From the NCBI GenBank assembly GCA_016868575.1, contig VGGL01000003.1, positions 10,162-74,161 on the forward strand: a stretch of 64,000 nt of DNA, given 5' to 3'. Shown here in pieces: positions 38,019-46,919 of the stretch. The notes beneath the pieces were generated by a model. It saw nothing but the letters and a program-made list of their open reading frames with translations. It searched no databases and was not told the DNA's origin. The stretch's first letter is position 1, and each line of letters starts with the position of its first letter. This stretch comes from Bacteroidota bacterium. Lineage in GTDB: Bacteria; Bacteroidota; Bacteroidia; Bacteroidales; FEN-979. Made by a program: the position numbers and the translations under genes.

Positions 38019-38103
38019 AGAGCCAGACATTGATGACGGTGAGTGAAGAGATAAGGATACAGGCTGAAAGGTGAAGGGTAATGAGCGAAAACCTCAGAAA
38101 CAG

Positions 38104-38138
38104 AATTCAAATTTCTGATTTCTGATTTCTGATTTGAA
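38104..38138 (+). repeat. heptamer array aattcaa atttctg atttctg atttctg atttgaa abutting the 3' end of tRNA-Val
   Basis: Read directly. Confidence 0.9.
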
Positions 38139-38142
38139 CCCG

Positions 38143-38217
38143 TGGGATGTAGCAGGGTCGAACTGCTGACCTCATGCCTGTCAAGCATGCGCTCTAAACC
38201 AACTGAGCTAACATCCC
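38143..38217 (-). tRNA. tRNA-Val (anticodon GAC)
   Basis: Cloverleaf folded by hand: acceptor GGGATGT/ACATCCC, anticodon stem CATGC/GCATG with loop TTGACAG, T-arm GCAGTTCGACCCTGC. CCA is not encoded. Confidence 0.9.
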
Positions 38218-38228
38218 TTTTGCGGGGG

Positions 38229-38236
38229 CAAAAGTA
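38229..38236 (-). promoter_or_regulatory. -7 box (TACTTTTG on the minus strand) 12 nt upstream of the mature tRNA-Val 5' end
   Basis: Exact TAnnTTTG match. It is also the 5' arm of a small hairpin, CTTTTGC-CCCC-GCAAAAG. Confidence 0.45.
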
Positions 38237-38258
38237 AGAATTATTTTCAAATCAATGG

Positions 38259-38397
38259 ATGACCTCACCCCCCTGCTTTTCTAATGACCCCTCCCTTAAT
38301 CCCTCCCCTTGCAGGGGAGGGGAAGGGGTGGGGTCGCTGGCAATGACCTCACCCCCCCTGCCCCCTCTCCTCACAGGAGAGGGGGAGTGGTGGGGTC
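38259..38397. repeat. 2.5 tandem copies of a C-tract/G-tract palindromic hairpin element. Each starts ATGACC(T/C)C…; the full hairpins are at 38286-38335 and 38345-38397.
   Basis: Copy 2: GACCCCTCCCTTAATCCCTCCCC-TTGCA-GGGGAGGGGAAGGGGTGGGGTC. Copy 3: GACCTCACCCCCCCTGCCCCCTCTCC-TCACA-GGAGAGGGGGAGTGGTGGGGTC. The truncated 5' arm is at 38259-38276. Confidence 0.85.
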
Positions 38398-38509
38398 GTT
38401 GCGCGATGGGGGCCTCCGTATCTCTGTGAGTCTAAAAAACATCTCATGATACCACATAGGGCTGCAGAAGACCATTATATCTCCACAATCGTTAATCGTC
38501 TTATGCAAT

Positions 38510-38578
38510 CAAAAGTCTAAAATCGTCCAACCGAAAATCTCAAGTGCAAAACCAAAAGTCTAAACTGCAAAGTGCAAA
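38510..38578. repeat. interleaved direct word repeats: caaaagtctaaa x2 (38510, 38553) and aagtgcaaa x2 (38542, 38570)
   Basis: Read directly. A third agtctaaa occurs at 38429-38436. Confidence 0.8.
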
Positions 38579-38584
38579 TTATCC

Positions 38585-38622
38585 ATTTTCCAATTTCTAA
38601 TTTCTAATTTCTGATTTCCTGA
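38585..38622 (+). repeat. heptamer array (atttcta atttcta atttctg atttcct), in the same orientation as the array at 38104-38138
   Basis: Read directly. It overlaps the stop codon of the flavin-reductase remnant. Confidence 0.88.
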
Positions 38623-38994
38623 TACACCCCCAGTATCTCTCCGTAATACACCGTATGAAAGTCCCGTTTCGGGTAGTACCTGCCGATAATCGGTTCTTCC
38701 AGCGACTTATCATCAATGATGTTCTTGTGGATAATCCGGCATTCGTAATGCATGATCGATTCAGTGAGGTAAGAAACGGTGCTGCCGAGCCCGTCAGATA
38801 AGGTCAAGCCGCAATGTTTCAATTTATCCCCATCCTTGCCGGAATGACTTCCGCAATAAGCCGCTGTTTTAGCGAGTGATGGAGGAAGGATGTTAACTGA
38901 AAAGTACTTCGACTGCCAAAAGGAGAATACCTTCCCCGCTTAGATGCTCTAATGTTAGATTGAATGCTTCAGTGATATCTATTTTATTTCTCAT
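38604..38994 (-). pseudogene. flavin reductase family (FMN-binding split-barrel) gene with an internal out-of-frame deletion
   Basis: The ATG at 38994 gives MRNKIDITEAFNLTLEHLSGEGILLLAVEVLFS*, with the stop at 38893. A second frame continues …YFSVNILPPSLAKTAAYCGSHSGKDGDKLKHCGLTL…YPKRDFHTVYYGEILGVYQ. About 40 central codons (the NTMT…WG region) are missing at the junction. Confidence 0.6.
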
Positions 38995-39133
38995 AGGATA
39001 CAGGATTTCAGACAAAGGTATATTTATTCGATCAAACCCCTTTTTTTCGTGATGATCCGAAACGCATTACCTTAGCTTAAGTTGAAAGCTCTTTGTAATT
39101 TCGCAGCCTGAAAACCAGATATTTTCTTACACG

Positions 39134-41317
39134 ATGAACAAACAAACCCTTTGGATATGGATGTTATGCTGCTGCCTTGGCTTCTCTGCTACCGCACAGC
39201 AAAAGCGTAACCTGACGCTGGATGACATCTTCAAATCACGCAGTTATTATGCCCGTGGCAGCGGTAATCTCCGCTCCATGGCCGACGGCGAGCATTATGT
39301 GGCCCTGAAACATGACAGCCTGAACGTGTATGCCTATGAAACAGGCACCCTATCGCGTACCCTTACAACTGCCGATGATTTGATCTATCCACCCGATTCC
39401 ACTGCGGTTGAAATGGATGATTTTGAACTCAGTCCGGATGAAAAAAAGATCCTCTTTGCTACCGGCACCGAGGCCATCTACCGGCGCTCTTCCAGGTCAG
39501 ATTATTTTCTTTTCGATACCGGAAAGGGAGAACTGAAAAAAGTTTCCGGCAAAGGAAAGCAGCAGTTGGCCATGTTTTCGCCTGATAGCCGCAAGATCGC
39601 CTTTGTCAGGGATAATAACCTTTTTATCTGTTTCATCGAAACCGGCGAAGAGCGACAAGTCACCTTCGATGGCGAGGCCGGGAAGATCATCAATGGCGCT
39701 CCCGACTGGGTATATGAAGAGGAGTTCGAGTTTGCACGGGCTTTTGATTGGTCTGCTGATGGTAATTGCCTTGCTTATTACCGGTTTGATGAAACCCACG
39801 TCAGGGAATATGTGTTGATTGATTATGATACAACCTATCCGGATATTCTCAAATACAAATACCCCAAGGCGGGAGAAGACAATTCCATCGTCACCATCCA
39901 TTTATACAACCTGCGATCTGGAGAAACCGCAACAGTTGATGTGGGAGATGATACAGACATCTACATCCCCCGCCTCAAGTGGACCAAAGATCCAGGTATC
40001 CTTTCCCTGATCCGGTTAAACAGGCATCAGAATAAACTTGACCTGTTATTCAGCGACCTGGTGGGTAGCACGCGGGTAATTTATACTGAAGAGAACCGTC
40101 GATACATCAATATCAATGATGACCTGACTTTTCTCGATGACAATCGTGGATTCATGTTCACCAGTGAAAAAAGCGGATTCAGACGAATTTACTGGTATGA
40201 CATGACAGGCACACTGGTCAGGATCTACCATGATAAAAATTGTGATGTATTGGGAGACCTGGTCATTGATCAGCCCAATCGCAGGCTCTATTTTGCGACC
40301 AATGAGTCCGGTCCATATAACAAAGAACTTTTTACGGTTTCTTTTGATGGAAACGATTACAAATTGTTATCCGAGAAGACAGGGTACAATAGTGCCCGGT
40401 TTAGCCGTCATTGCAAATATTATGTCAACAACTGGTCGGATGCCAATACACCTCCTGTGATTTCGGTACACCGGCCTGATGGATCTAAGGTCAGGGTTGT
40501 TGAAGAAAACGCAAAACTTCGCAGGCAGCTTGAATTGGTTCACTTTCCAGAGAAGCAGCTGTTCAAATTCCGCACATCCGAAGGGGTTGATTTATATGGT
40601 TGGAAAATGTTCCCACCACAGATGAAGAAGAAGCAGAAGTATCCTGTACTTTTCAGCATTTACGGTGGTCCCGGCTCGCAGTCGGTGCTGAATGCCTGGG
40701 CTGGCGGAGATCTTTGGGAACGAATGCTTGCCGACACCGGTATCATTGTGATCTCAGTAGACAACCGGGGAACCGGAGGCAGGGGAGAGGAGTTCGAAAA
40801 ATGTGTTTATATGCAGCTGGGTAAATTCGAAACCATCGACCAGGTAGAGACCGCCAGGCATATTTCAGCCTGGAGCAACGTGGATAAAAACCGGATCGGG
40901 ATATTCGGCTGGAGCTACGGTGGTTTTCTGGCTGCCTCCTGCATGACCATCGGAGCAGATTTCTTCAGTACCGGCATTGCCGTGGCTCCGGTGACCAACT
41001 TCAGGTATTACGACAACATCTATACGGAAAGGTACATGCGTAAACCCATTGAAAATGAATCGGGTTATGATGAAAACGCCCCTGTTAACCACGCCGCTGA
41101 AATGAAAGGGAAACTATTACTCGTTCACGGTGTATCGGATGACAATGTGCATGTGCAGAACTCCATGGAAATGATCAACGCACTCGTGGATGCCAACAAG
41201 CATTTCGAACTGATGATGTATCCAAATTCAAATCATGGTATCTACACCGGCGACAATACCCGGTATCATTTGTTCTCTCAGATGACTTCCTTTCTTGCTA
41301 AAAACCTGCTGAAATAA
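39134..41317 (+). CDS. S9 family serine peptidase, dipeptidyl-peptidase IV type
   Basis: Signal peptide, DPP-IV N-terminal beta-propeller, and a C-terminal alpha/beta hydrolase with GWSYGG, a VHGVSDDNV Asp region and NHGI. Confidence 0.9.
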   Translation: MNKQTLWIWMLCCCLGFSATAQQKRNLTLDDIFKSRSYYARGSGNLRSMADGEHYVALKHDSLNVYAYETGTLSRTLTTADDLIYPPDSTAVEMDDFELSPDEKKILFATGTEAIYRRSSRSDYFLFDTGKGELKKVSGKGKQQLAMFSPDSRKIAFVRDNNLFICFIETGEERQVTFDGEAGKIINGAPDWVYEEEFEFARAFDWSADGNCLAYYRFDETHVREYVLIDYDTTYPDILKYKYPKAGEDNSIVTIHLYNLRSGETATVDVGDDTDIYIPRLKWTKDPGILSLIRLNRHQNKLDLLFSDLVGSTRVIYTEENRRYININDDLTFLDDNRGFMFTSEKSGFRRIYWYDMTGTLVRIYHDKNCDVLGDLVIDQPNRRLYFATNESGPYNKELFTVSFDGNDYKLLSEKTGYNSARFSRHCKYYVNNWSDANTPPVISVHRPDGSKVRVVEENAKLRRQLELVHFPEKQLFKFRTSEGVDLYGWKMFPPQMKKKQKYPVLFSIYGGPGSQSVLNAWAGGDLWERMLADTGIIVISVDNRGTGGRGEEFEKCVYMQLGKFETIDQVETARHISAWSNVDKNRIGIFGWSYGGFLAASCMTIGADFFSTGIAVAPVTNFRYYDNIYTERYMRKPIENESGYDENAPVNHAAEMKGKLLLVHGVSDDNVHVQNSMEMINALVDANKHFELMMYPNSNHGIYTGDNTRYHLFSQMTSFLAKNLLK

Positions 41318-41359
41318 AAAAACTTTGCTTGAAGTGTTGGCAGATCAAAATGGAATATG

Positions 41360-41367
41360 TACCTTTG
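41360..41367 (+). promoter_or_regulatory. -7 box TACCTTTG upstream of rpsU
   Basis: Exact TAnnTTTG match 54 nt upstream of the ATG. Confidence 0.45.
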
Positions 41368-41420
41368 CAGGCTCAAAATTGAAGCATTAACAATTTTTAA
41401 CAGAAAGCTGAACCATAAAC

Positions 41421-41621
41421 ATGATCATCATTCCTGTAAAAGAAGGCGAAAACATTGACCGTGCCCTTAAGAAACTCAAACGGAAATTTGAGAAGACCGG
41501 TGTTGTGAAAGAGCTACGCAGCCGGCAAAAATTCACCAAACCCTCGGTGAAAAGAAGGGAAGTTGTGTCAAGAGCCGTTTATATCCAACAATTGGTGCAG
41601 AATCAGGAAAACGAATCCTGA
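41421..41621 (+). CDS. rpsU: 30S ribosomal protein S21
   Basis: The sequence MIIIPVKEGENIDRALKKLKRKFEKTGVVKELRSRQKFTKPS is S21. Confidence 0.95.
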   Translation: MIIIPVKEGENIDRALKKLKRKFEKTGVVKELRSRQKFTKPSVKRREVVSRAVYIQQLVQNQENES

Positions 41622-41627
41622 CAAAAC

Positions 41628-41659
41628 TTTTTCCCTAAAAAATTTTGTTTTAGGAAAAA
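41628..41659 (+). terminator. AT-rich hairpin after rpsU (possible weak terminator)
   Basis: TTTTTCCCTAAAA / TTTTAGGAAAAA stem with one bulge, followed by TTATT. Confidence 0.3.
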
Positions 41660-41680
41660 TTATTCCTACATTTATCCGTT

Positions 41681-41688
41681 TATTTTTG
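41681..41688 (+). promoter_or_regulatory. -7 box TATTTTTG upstream of xerC, in the loop of the inverted repeat ATCCGTTT/AAACGGAT (41674-41697)
   Basis: Exact TAnnTTTG match 27 nt upstream of the ATG at 41715. Confidence 0.4.
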
Positions 41689-41714
41689 CAAACGGATAGA
41701 TGCCGATGTATTGA

Positions 41715-42599
41715 ATGAATTACGCTTCTTTTTTACAATATATACAATACGAAAAAAGGTTCTCTGCGCACACAGTCAAGGCTTATCAATCGGATATTGC
41801 CCAGTTTGTTCACTACCTGAAGGAACAATATGAAACCGAGGACCTTGTACAAGTTAACCCGGCGATTGTACGTTCATGGCTGGTTAGCCTGATGCAGGAA
41901 AACATCACGGCCAGATCTATCCAACGGAAAATAACAGCGCTCAAATCGATGTACAGGTATTTTCTGAAGGAAGGCAAAATAGCAACCAATCCCGTTGCCC
42001 GTATCCAGGCCCCCAAAATGCCTACTCGTCTCCCTGAATTCGTTGAAAAAGAACGGATGGATCTGCTCTTTTCAACAGATGCATTTCCCAATAACTATGA
42101 GGGTATCCGGGACCAATTGATTCTGGAGATATTTTACGCAACGGGGATGAGGCTGTCAGAACTGGTCAATCTGAAAACCGAAGATGTTGACCTCTCCCGG
42201 AACACCCTCAAAGTGTTGGGTAAAAGGAATAAGGAACGGATCATCCCGTTTGGCAACCGGTTGGCCTCCCTGATCAGGAATTATATTGAAGAAAAGAAGA
42301 AATCGGTCTCCGGAGAGGAGTCAAAATGGCTATTGGTGACAGCAAAGAGCAAACAGCTTTATTCCAAACTTGTTTTCCGGATCGTCCGACATTACTTATC
42401 TGCTGTTACTACGCAGGGGAAGAAGAGCCCGCACGTTCTGCGGCATACTTTTGCCACGCACATGCTCAACAACGGAGCAGACCTGAATGCCATCAAGGAA
42501 CTTCTGGGACACGCCAATCTGGCCGCAACACAGGTCTATACGCATAACAGCATTGAAAAACTGAAAAATATTTACAAACAAGCCCATCCAAGGGCATAA
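41715..42599 (+). CDS. xerC: site-specific tyrosine recombinase XerC/XerD family
   Basis: SAM-like N-terminal domain and a catalytic domain with R…HxLRHTFAT…Y (…VLRHTFATHML…THQVYTH-like end). Confidence 0.88.
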   Translation: MNYASFLQYIQYEKRFSAHTVKAYQSDIAQFVHYLKEQYETEDLVQVNPAIVRSWLVSLMQENITARSIQRKITALKSMYRYFLKEGKIATNPVARIQAPKMPTRLPEFVEKERMDLLFSTDAFPNNYEGIRDQLILEIFYATGMRLSELVNLKTEDVDLSRNTLKVLGKRNKERIIPFGNRLASLIRNYIEEKKKSVSGEESKWLLVTAKSKQLYSKLVFRIVRHYLSAVTTQGKKSPHVLRHTFATHMLNNGADLNAIKELLGHANLAATQVYTHNSIEKLKNIYKQAHPRA

Positions 42600-42619
42600 A
42601 CTAATGGAGGAACCAAGTC

Positions 42620-42919
42620 ATGAAAGTATCAATCAATTCTGTACACTTCAAAGCTGACCGTAAACTGGAGCTATTCATCCAGGAAAAATTAGAAAAACTT
42701 GATAACTTCTACGATGGAATCATCGGCAGTGAGGTGATGCTCAAGGTGGAGAATACCGAGAGCAGGGACAACAAGATTGCTGAGATCCGCCTGGCCATCA
42801 GGGGAAACGACCTGTATGCCAGGAAGCAAAGTAAGACCTTCGAAGAAGCTGCCGACAGCGCTGTAGATGCCCTCAAGAAACAACTCACCAGGTACAAGGA
42901 AAAAATAAGGAGGGTATAG
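42620..42919 (+). CDS. hpf: ribosome hibernation promoting factor (short HPF/RaiA)
   Basis: A 99-aa sigma-54-modulation/S30EA family sequence (…KLEKLDNFYDGIIGSEVMLKVE…). Confidence 0.9.
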   Translation: MKVSINSVHFKADRKLELFIQEKLEKLDNFYDGIIGSEVMLKVENTESRDNKIAEIRLAIRGNDLYARKQSKTFEEAADSAVDALKKQLTRYKEKIRRV

Positions 42920-42960
42920 GTTTTTTTATTAAAAATCTTTGTTTGTATTTAAATTGTTTA

Positions 42961-42968
42961 TACTTTTG
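42961..42968 (+). promoter_or_regulatory. -7 box TACTTTTG immediately before the hpf terminator hairpin; candidate promoter of the tRNA-tuf operon
   Basis: Exact TAnnTTTG match 52 nt upstream of tRNA-Thr. Confidence 0.4.
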
Positions 42969-43001
42969 CAGTCCCGTTTGAAAAAACGGGACTGTTTTAT
43001 T
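42969..43001 (+). terminator. rho-independent terminator after hpf
   Basis: Perfect 11-bp stem CAGTCCCGTTT/AAACGGGACTG, GAAA loop, then TTTTATT. Confidence 0.75.
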
Positions 43002-43019
43002 ATGTTATGCTGAGAACAG

Positions 43020-43092
43020 GCCGATGTAGCTCAGCTGGTAGAGCAGCTGACTTGTAATCAGCTGGTCGGCGGTTCGAATCCGTCCATCGGCT
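43020..43092 (+). tRNA. tRNA-Thr (anticodon TGT)
   Basis: Cloverleaf by hand: acceptor GCCGATG/CATCGGC, anticodon arm GCTGA-CTTGTAA-TCAGC, T-arm GGCGGTTCGAATCCGTC. Confidence 0.92.
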
Positions 43093-43139
43093 CGCAGGGA
43101 ATTGGGAATGGAGTGTTCTTTGAATGATTGGTTTACCAA

Positions 43140-43221
43140 GGGGAGATACCAGAGTGGTCAAATGGGGCAGACTGTAAATCTGTTGGCGAAGCCTTCGGAG
43201 GTTCGAATCCTCCTCTCCCCA
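43140..43221 (+). tRNA. tRNA-Tyr (anticodon GTA), long variable arm
   Basis: Acceptor GGGGAGA/TCTCCCC, anticodon loop CTGTAAA, variable arm TGGCGAAGCCTTC, T-arm GGAGGTTCGAATCCTCC. Confidence 0.92.
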
Positions 43222-43223
43222 CA

Positions 43224-43275
43224 CCCCCTCCCATCCTCCCTCCCCCAATTGGGGGAGGGAAATAGGGTAGGGGGG
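43224..43275. repeat. C-tract/G-tract palindromic hairpin element (same family as 38286-38397) between tRNA-Tyr and tRNA-Gly
   Basis: CCCCCTCCCATCCTCCCTCCCCC-AATT-GGGGGAGGGAAATAGGGTAGGGGGG. Confidence 0.85.
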
Positions 43276-43279
43276 CTAT

Positions 43280-43352
43280 GCGGAAGTAGCTCATTTGGTA
43301 GAGCGGAAGCCTTCCAAGCTTCAGGTGGCGGGTTCGAGCCCCGTCTTCCGCT
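43280..43352 (+). tRNA. tRNA-Gly (anticodon TCC); CCA encoded at 43353-43355
   Basis: Acceptor GCGGAAG/CTTCCGC, anticodon arm GAAGC-CTTCCAA-GCTTC, T-arm GCGGGTTCGAGCCCCGT. Confidence 0.92.
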
Positions 43353-43391
43353 CCAAAATAGCAGGAGGTTTGACATCCTTCTGCAGTACAA

Positions 43392-43463
<72 letters not shown>

Positions 43464-43514
43464 CAGGATATTTAATCACAAACTGTTCGTTCAATCTTTA
43501 AACACTTATTTTTT

Positions 43515-44702
43515 ATGGCAAAAGAAACCTTTGTCCGCAGCAAACCACACGTCAATGTCGGCACGATTGGCCACATCGACCATGGTAAAACCACGCTGAC
43601 TGCAGCCATCACCCTTTCGCTGAAACACAAAGGGCTGGCTGAATTCAAATCATTCGATCAGATCGACAATGCACCGGAAGAAAAAGCCCGTGGTATTACG
43701 ATCAACACCGCGCACATCGAGTATGCAACCGAAAAGCGGCACTACGCCCACGTTGACTGTCCCGGCCATGCCGACTATATCAAGAATATGGTTACCGGCG
43801 CAGCCCAGATGGATGGCGCCATCCTCGTCGTTGCAGCTACCGATGGTCCCATGCCCCAAACCCGCGAACATATCCTCCTGGCACGCCAGGTCGGTGTTCC
43901 CAGACTGGTGGTCTTTATGAACAAAGTCGACATGGTTGACGACCCCGAGTTGCTTGACCTGGTCGAAATGGAAATACGCGAACTGCTTACCTTCTACGGT
44001 TTTGAAGGTGATAAAGCACCCGTTATCCGCGGCTCCGCCCTTGGTGCCCTGAACCAGGAACCTGCTTGGGTTGAAAAAGTATTCGAACTGCTTGATGCCG
44101 TTGACGAGTATATCCCACTGCCCCAACGTGATGTTGATAAGGCATTCCTGATGCCCGTGGAAGACGTCTTCTCCATCACCGGCCGTGGCACTGTTGCAAC
44201 CGGAAGAATTGAAACCGGCGTGATCAAAACCGGCGACCCCGTTGAAATTATCGGTATGGGTGCTGAAAAACTGAAATCCGTTGTAACCGGTGTCGAAATG
44301 TTCCGGAAAATCCTTGACCGTGGTGAAGCCGGTGACAATGCCGGTTTGCTCCTTCGTGGTATTGACAAGGACGAGATCCGCAGAGGGATGGTTATCGCCG
44401 CTCCGGGCTCCATCACACCTCATAAGCATTTCAAAGCCGAAGTTTATATCCTGAAAAAGGAAGAAGGTGGCCGTCATACGCCATTCCACAACAAGTACCG
44501 TCCCCAGTTCTATTTCAGAACAACCGACGTTACAGGTGAGATCAACCTCCCCGAAGGTGTGGAAATGATTATGCCTGGCGATAACCTGAGCATCACCGTC
44601 ATGCTGATCTCTGAGATCGCCATGAACAAAGGTCTCCGCTTCGCTATCCGCGAAGGTGGACGTACCGTTGGCGCCGGTCAGGTAACTGAAATCCTTGACT
44701 GA
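43515..44702 (+). CDS. tuf: elongation factor Tu
   Basis: [17 protein letters not shown] and NKVD motifs. The full 395-aa EF-Tu is unmistakable. Confidence 0.99.
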   Translation: MAKETFVRSKPHVNVGTIGHIDHGKTTLTAAITLSLKHKGLAEFKSFDQIDNAPEEKARGITINTAHIEYATEKRHYAHVDCPGHADYIKNMVTGAAQMDGAILVVAATDGPMPQTREHILLARQVGVPRLVVFMNKVDMVDDPELLDLVEMEIRELLTFYGFEGDKAPVIRGSALGALNQEPAWVEKVFELLDAVDEYIPLPQRDVDKAFLMPVEDVFSITGRGTVATGRIETGVIKTGDPVEIIGMGAEKLKSVVTGVEMFRKILDRGEAGDNAGLLLRGIDKDEIRRGMVIAAPGSITPHKHFKAEVYILKKEEGGRHTPFHNKYRPQFYFRTTDVTGEINLPEGVEMIMPGDNLSITVMLISEIAMNKGLRFAIREGGRTVGAGQVTEILD

Positions 44703-44714
44703 TAATATCAAAAT

Positions 44715-44739
44715 CGGGAGCCTGCCTGTCAGGCTTCCG
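44715..44739 (+). terminator. 10-bp hairpin after tuf (terminator or processing structure; no T-run)
   Basis: CGGGAGCCTG-CCTGT-CAGGCTTCCG with one G-U pair. Confidence 0.4.
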
Positions 44740-44770
44740 GTAGAATTTAAAATAATTGTTTAAAGATTAC

Positions 44771-44843
44771 ACGGGTGTAGCTCAATTGGTAGAGTAGCGG
44801 TCTCCAAAACCGTTGGCTGTGGGTTCAAGTCCTACCACCCGTG
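44771..44843 (+). tRNA. tRNA-Trp (anticodon CCA)
   Basis: Acceptor ACGGGTG/CACCCGT, anticodon arm GCGGT-CTCCAAA-ACCGT, T-arm GTGGGTTCAAGTCCTAC. Confidence 0.9.
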
Positions 44844-44858
44844 CAAATATCAGAACAA

Positions 44859-45056
44859 ATGGCGAAGTTAAAAATTCAGACGTATCTAAAGGAAAGTTAT
44901 GATGAGCTGATGCATAAAGTCTCCTGGCCAACATGGAGCGAATTGCAGAGCAGCGCCATCGTCGTGTCCATTGCTTCCCTGATCATCGCATTCGTGGTGT
45001 TCTTGATGGACGAAGCCTTCCGGAATATTCTGTTACAATTCTACAAGCTCTTCTGA
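44859..45056 (+). CDS. secE: preprotein translocase subunit SecE
   Basis: A 65-aa protein (…[21 protein letters not shown]…) with a single TM helix, in the conserved position before nusG. ATG at 44859. Confidence 0.9.
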   Translation: MAKLKIQTYLKESYDELMHKVSWPTWSELQSSAIVVSIASLIIAFVVFLMDEAFRNILLQFYKLF

Positions 45057-45111
45057 ATTCGTCATCAATCTGATATCCGATTGGCACTCGGAACAGATCA
45101 ACCTTATATCC

Positions 45112-45654
45112 ATGGGTGAAGAGGTAAAAAAATGGTATGTCGTCAGAACCATCAGCGGGAGTGAGAAAAAGGTTAAACAGTACCTGGATAATGAGATCGT
45201 AAACTCCAAACTCCAGGAATTCATTAGCCAGGTGCTCATTCCGACTGAGAAGGTCTACCAGATTAGGAACGGTAAAAAAATCGTCAAGGAAAAGAATTTT
45301 TTTCCTGGTTACGTCCTGATCGAGGCTGCATTGGTAGGGGAAGTTCCCCATATCATCAAGAATATTCCGGGTGTTCTGGGATTTCTTGGCAGCAAAGGCG
45401 AAGCACATCCGTTGCGTCCATCAGAGGTGAACCGTATCCTTGGCAAGTTCGATGAACTGGCTGAAAAGGGTGAAGAATACACGGTTCCTTTCATCGTGGG
45501 CGAAACGGTTACCGTTATCGATGGACCATTCAACAGTTTCAGCGGTGTGATCGAAGAGATCAATGAGGAAAAGAAGAAACTCAAAGTACTCGTGAAGATC
45601 TTCGGACGCAAAACCCCGCTGGAACTTGGTTTTATGCAGGTTGCTAAAGAATAG
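45112..45654 (+). CDS. nusG: transcription termination/antitermination factor NusG
   Basis: KWYVVRT NGN domain and a C-terminal KOW domain ([21 protein letters not shown]). Confidence 0.97.
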   Translation: MGEEVKKWYVVRTISGSEKKVKQYLDNEIVNSKLQEFISQVLIPTEKVYQIRNGKKIVKEKNFFPGYVLIEAALVGEVPHIIKNIPGVLGFLGSKGEAHPLRPSEVNRILGKFDELAEKGEEYTVPFIVGETVTVIDGPFNSFSGVIEEINEEKKKLKVLVKIFGRKTPLELGFMQVAKE

Positions 45655-45701
45655 GGTTACTGTTCTGCCGCCGGTCACCTAACCTAAAGTGAATCAATAC
45701 A

Positions 45702-46151
<450 letters not shown>

Positions 46152-46192
46152 GACCGTTTTCGCTTCGGTCATTAACCTAAAAAAATACCAAC

Positions 46193-46888
46193 ATGGTAAA
46201 AGTGACAAAAAAGCGCAAGGAAGCTTTATCAAAATACGACAGTAAGGCTACCTATCCACTGGCTGAAGCGGCGCGTATTGTGAAGGAGATCTCTACCGTC
46301 AGGTTCGACGCATCGGTTGACCTCGATGTGCGACTGAATGTAGATCCCCGCAAAGCCAACCAGATGGTTCGTGGGATGGTAACCCTCCCCCATGGAACAG
46401 GAAAAACCATCCGGGTACTGGTGCTTTGTTCCCCTGACAAGGAACAGGAAGCCACCGGCGCCGGTGCAGATTTTGTCGGACTCGACGAGTTTATCGATAA
46501 AATCCGCCAGGGATGGACCGACGTAGATGTGATCATCACCACTCCCAATGTCATGGGAAAAGTGGGAACACTCGGCAAAATCCTGGGACCAAGGGGTTTG
46601 ATGCCCAACCCTAAAACCGGAACCGTAACAATGGAAATCGCAAAAGCTGTAAAAGATGTCAAAGCAGGCAAGATCGACTTCAAAGTGGATAAGTATGGAA
46701 TCATCCACGCTGCCGTCGGGAAAGTCTCATTTGACAATGAAAAGCTTGTTGACAATGCAAAGGAATTACTGCAAACCATCATCAAGCTCAAACCGGCCTC
46801 AGCCAAAGGTACCTACATTAAGAGTATCTATATGTCAAGTACCATGAGTTCCGGTATTCAGATCGATCCAAAATCTGTTACAGCTTAA
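46193..46888 (+). CDS. rplA: 50S ribosomal protein L1
   Basis: The [24 protein letters not shown]… region is L1. Confidence 0.98.
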   Translation: MVKVTKKRKEALSKYDSKATYPLAEAARIVKEISTVRFDASVDLDVRLNVDPRKANQMVRGMVTLPHGTGKTIRVLVLCSPDKEQEATGAGADFVGLDEFIDKIRQGWTDVDVIITTPNVMGKVGTLGKILGPRGLMPNPKTGTVTMEIAKAVKDVKAGKIDFKVDKYGIIHAAVGKVSFDNEKLVDNAKELLQTIIKLKPASAKGTYIKSIYMSSTMSSGIQIDPKSVTA

Positions 46889-46919
46889 TTTTTTTCAAAT
46901 CTGAATACCCCAAGAGGCT

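Noticed and set aside
41715-42599. Tyrosine recombinase considered as evidence of an integrated mobile element next to a tRNA cluster
   Set aside because: There are no flanking direct repeats and no cargo genes, and rpsU and hpf flank it tightly. The rpsU-xerC-hpf arrangement is a conserved chromosomal feature of Bacteroidota, so this is a housekeeping XerC/D-type gene.
43650-44711. 353-aa ORF on the minus strand covering almost all of tuf
   Set aside because: It is antisense to an unmistakable EF-Tu gene. Its composition is biased (G/D/V/H/F-rich) as the mirror image of tuf codon usage, and it has no start context or recognisable domain. This is a classic shadow ORF.
46889-46919. Looked for an L10 (rplJ) leader or other ribosomal-protein leader structures, and for riboswitches in the larger intergenic regions
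   Set aside because: The rplA-rplJ spacer is only 31 nt. I could not recognise any conserved riboswitch or leader fold by eye in the other spacers, so I make no claim.
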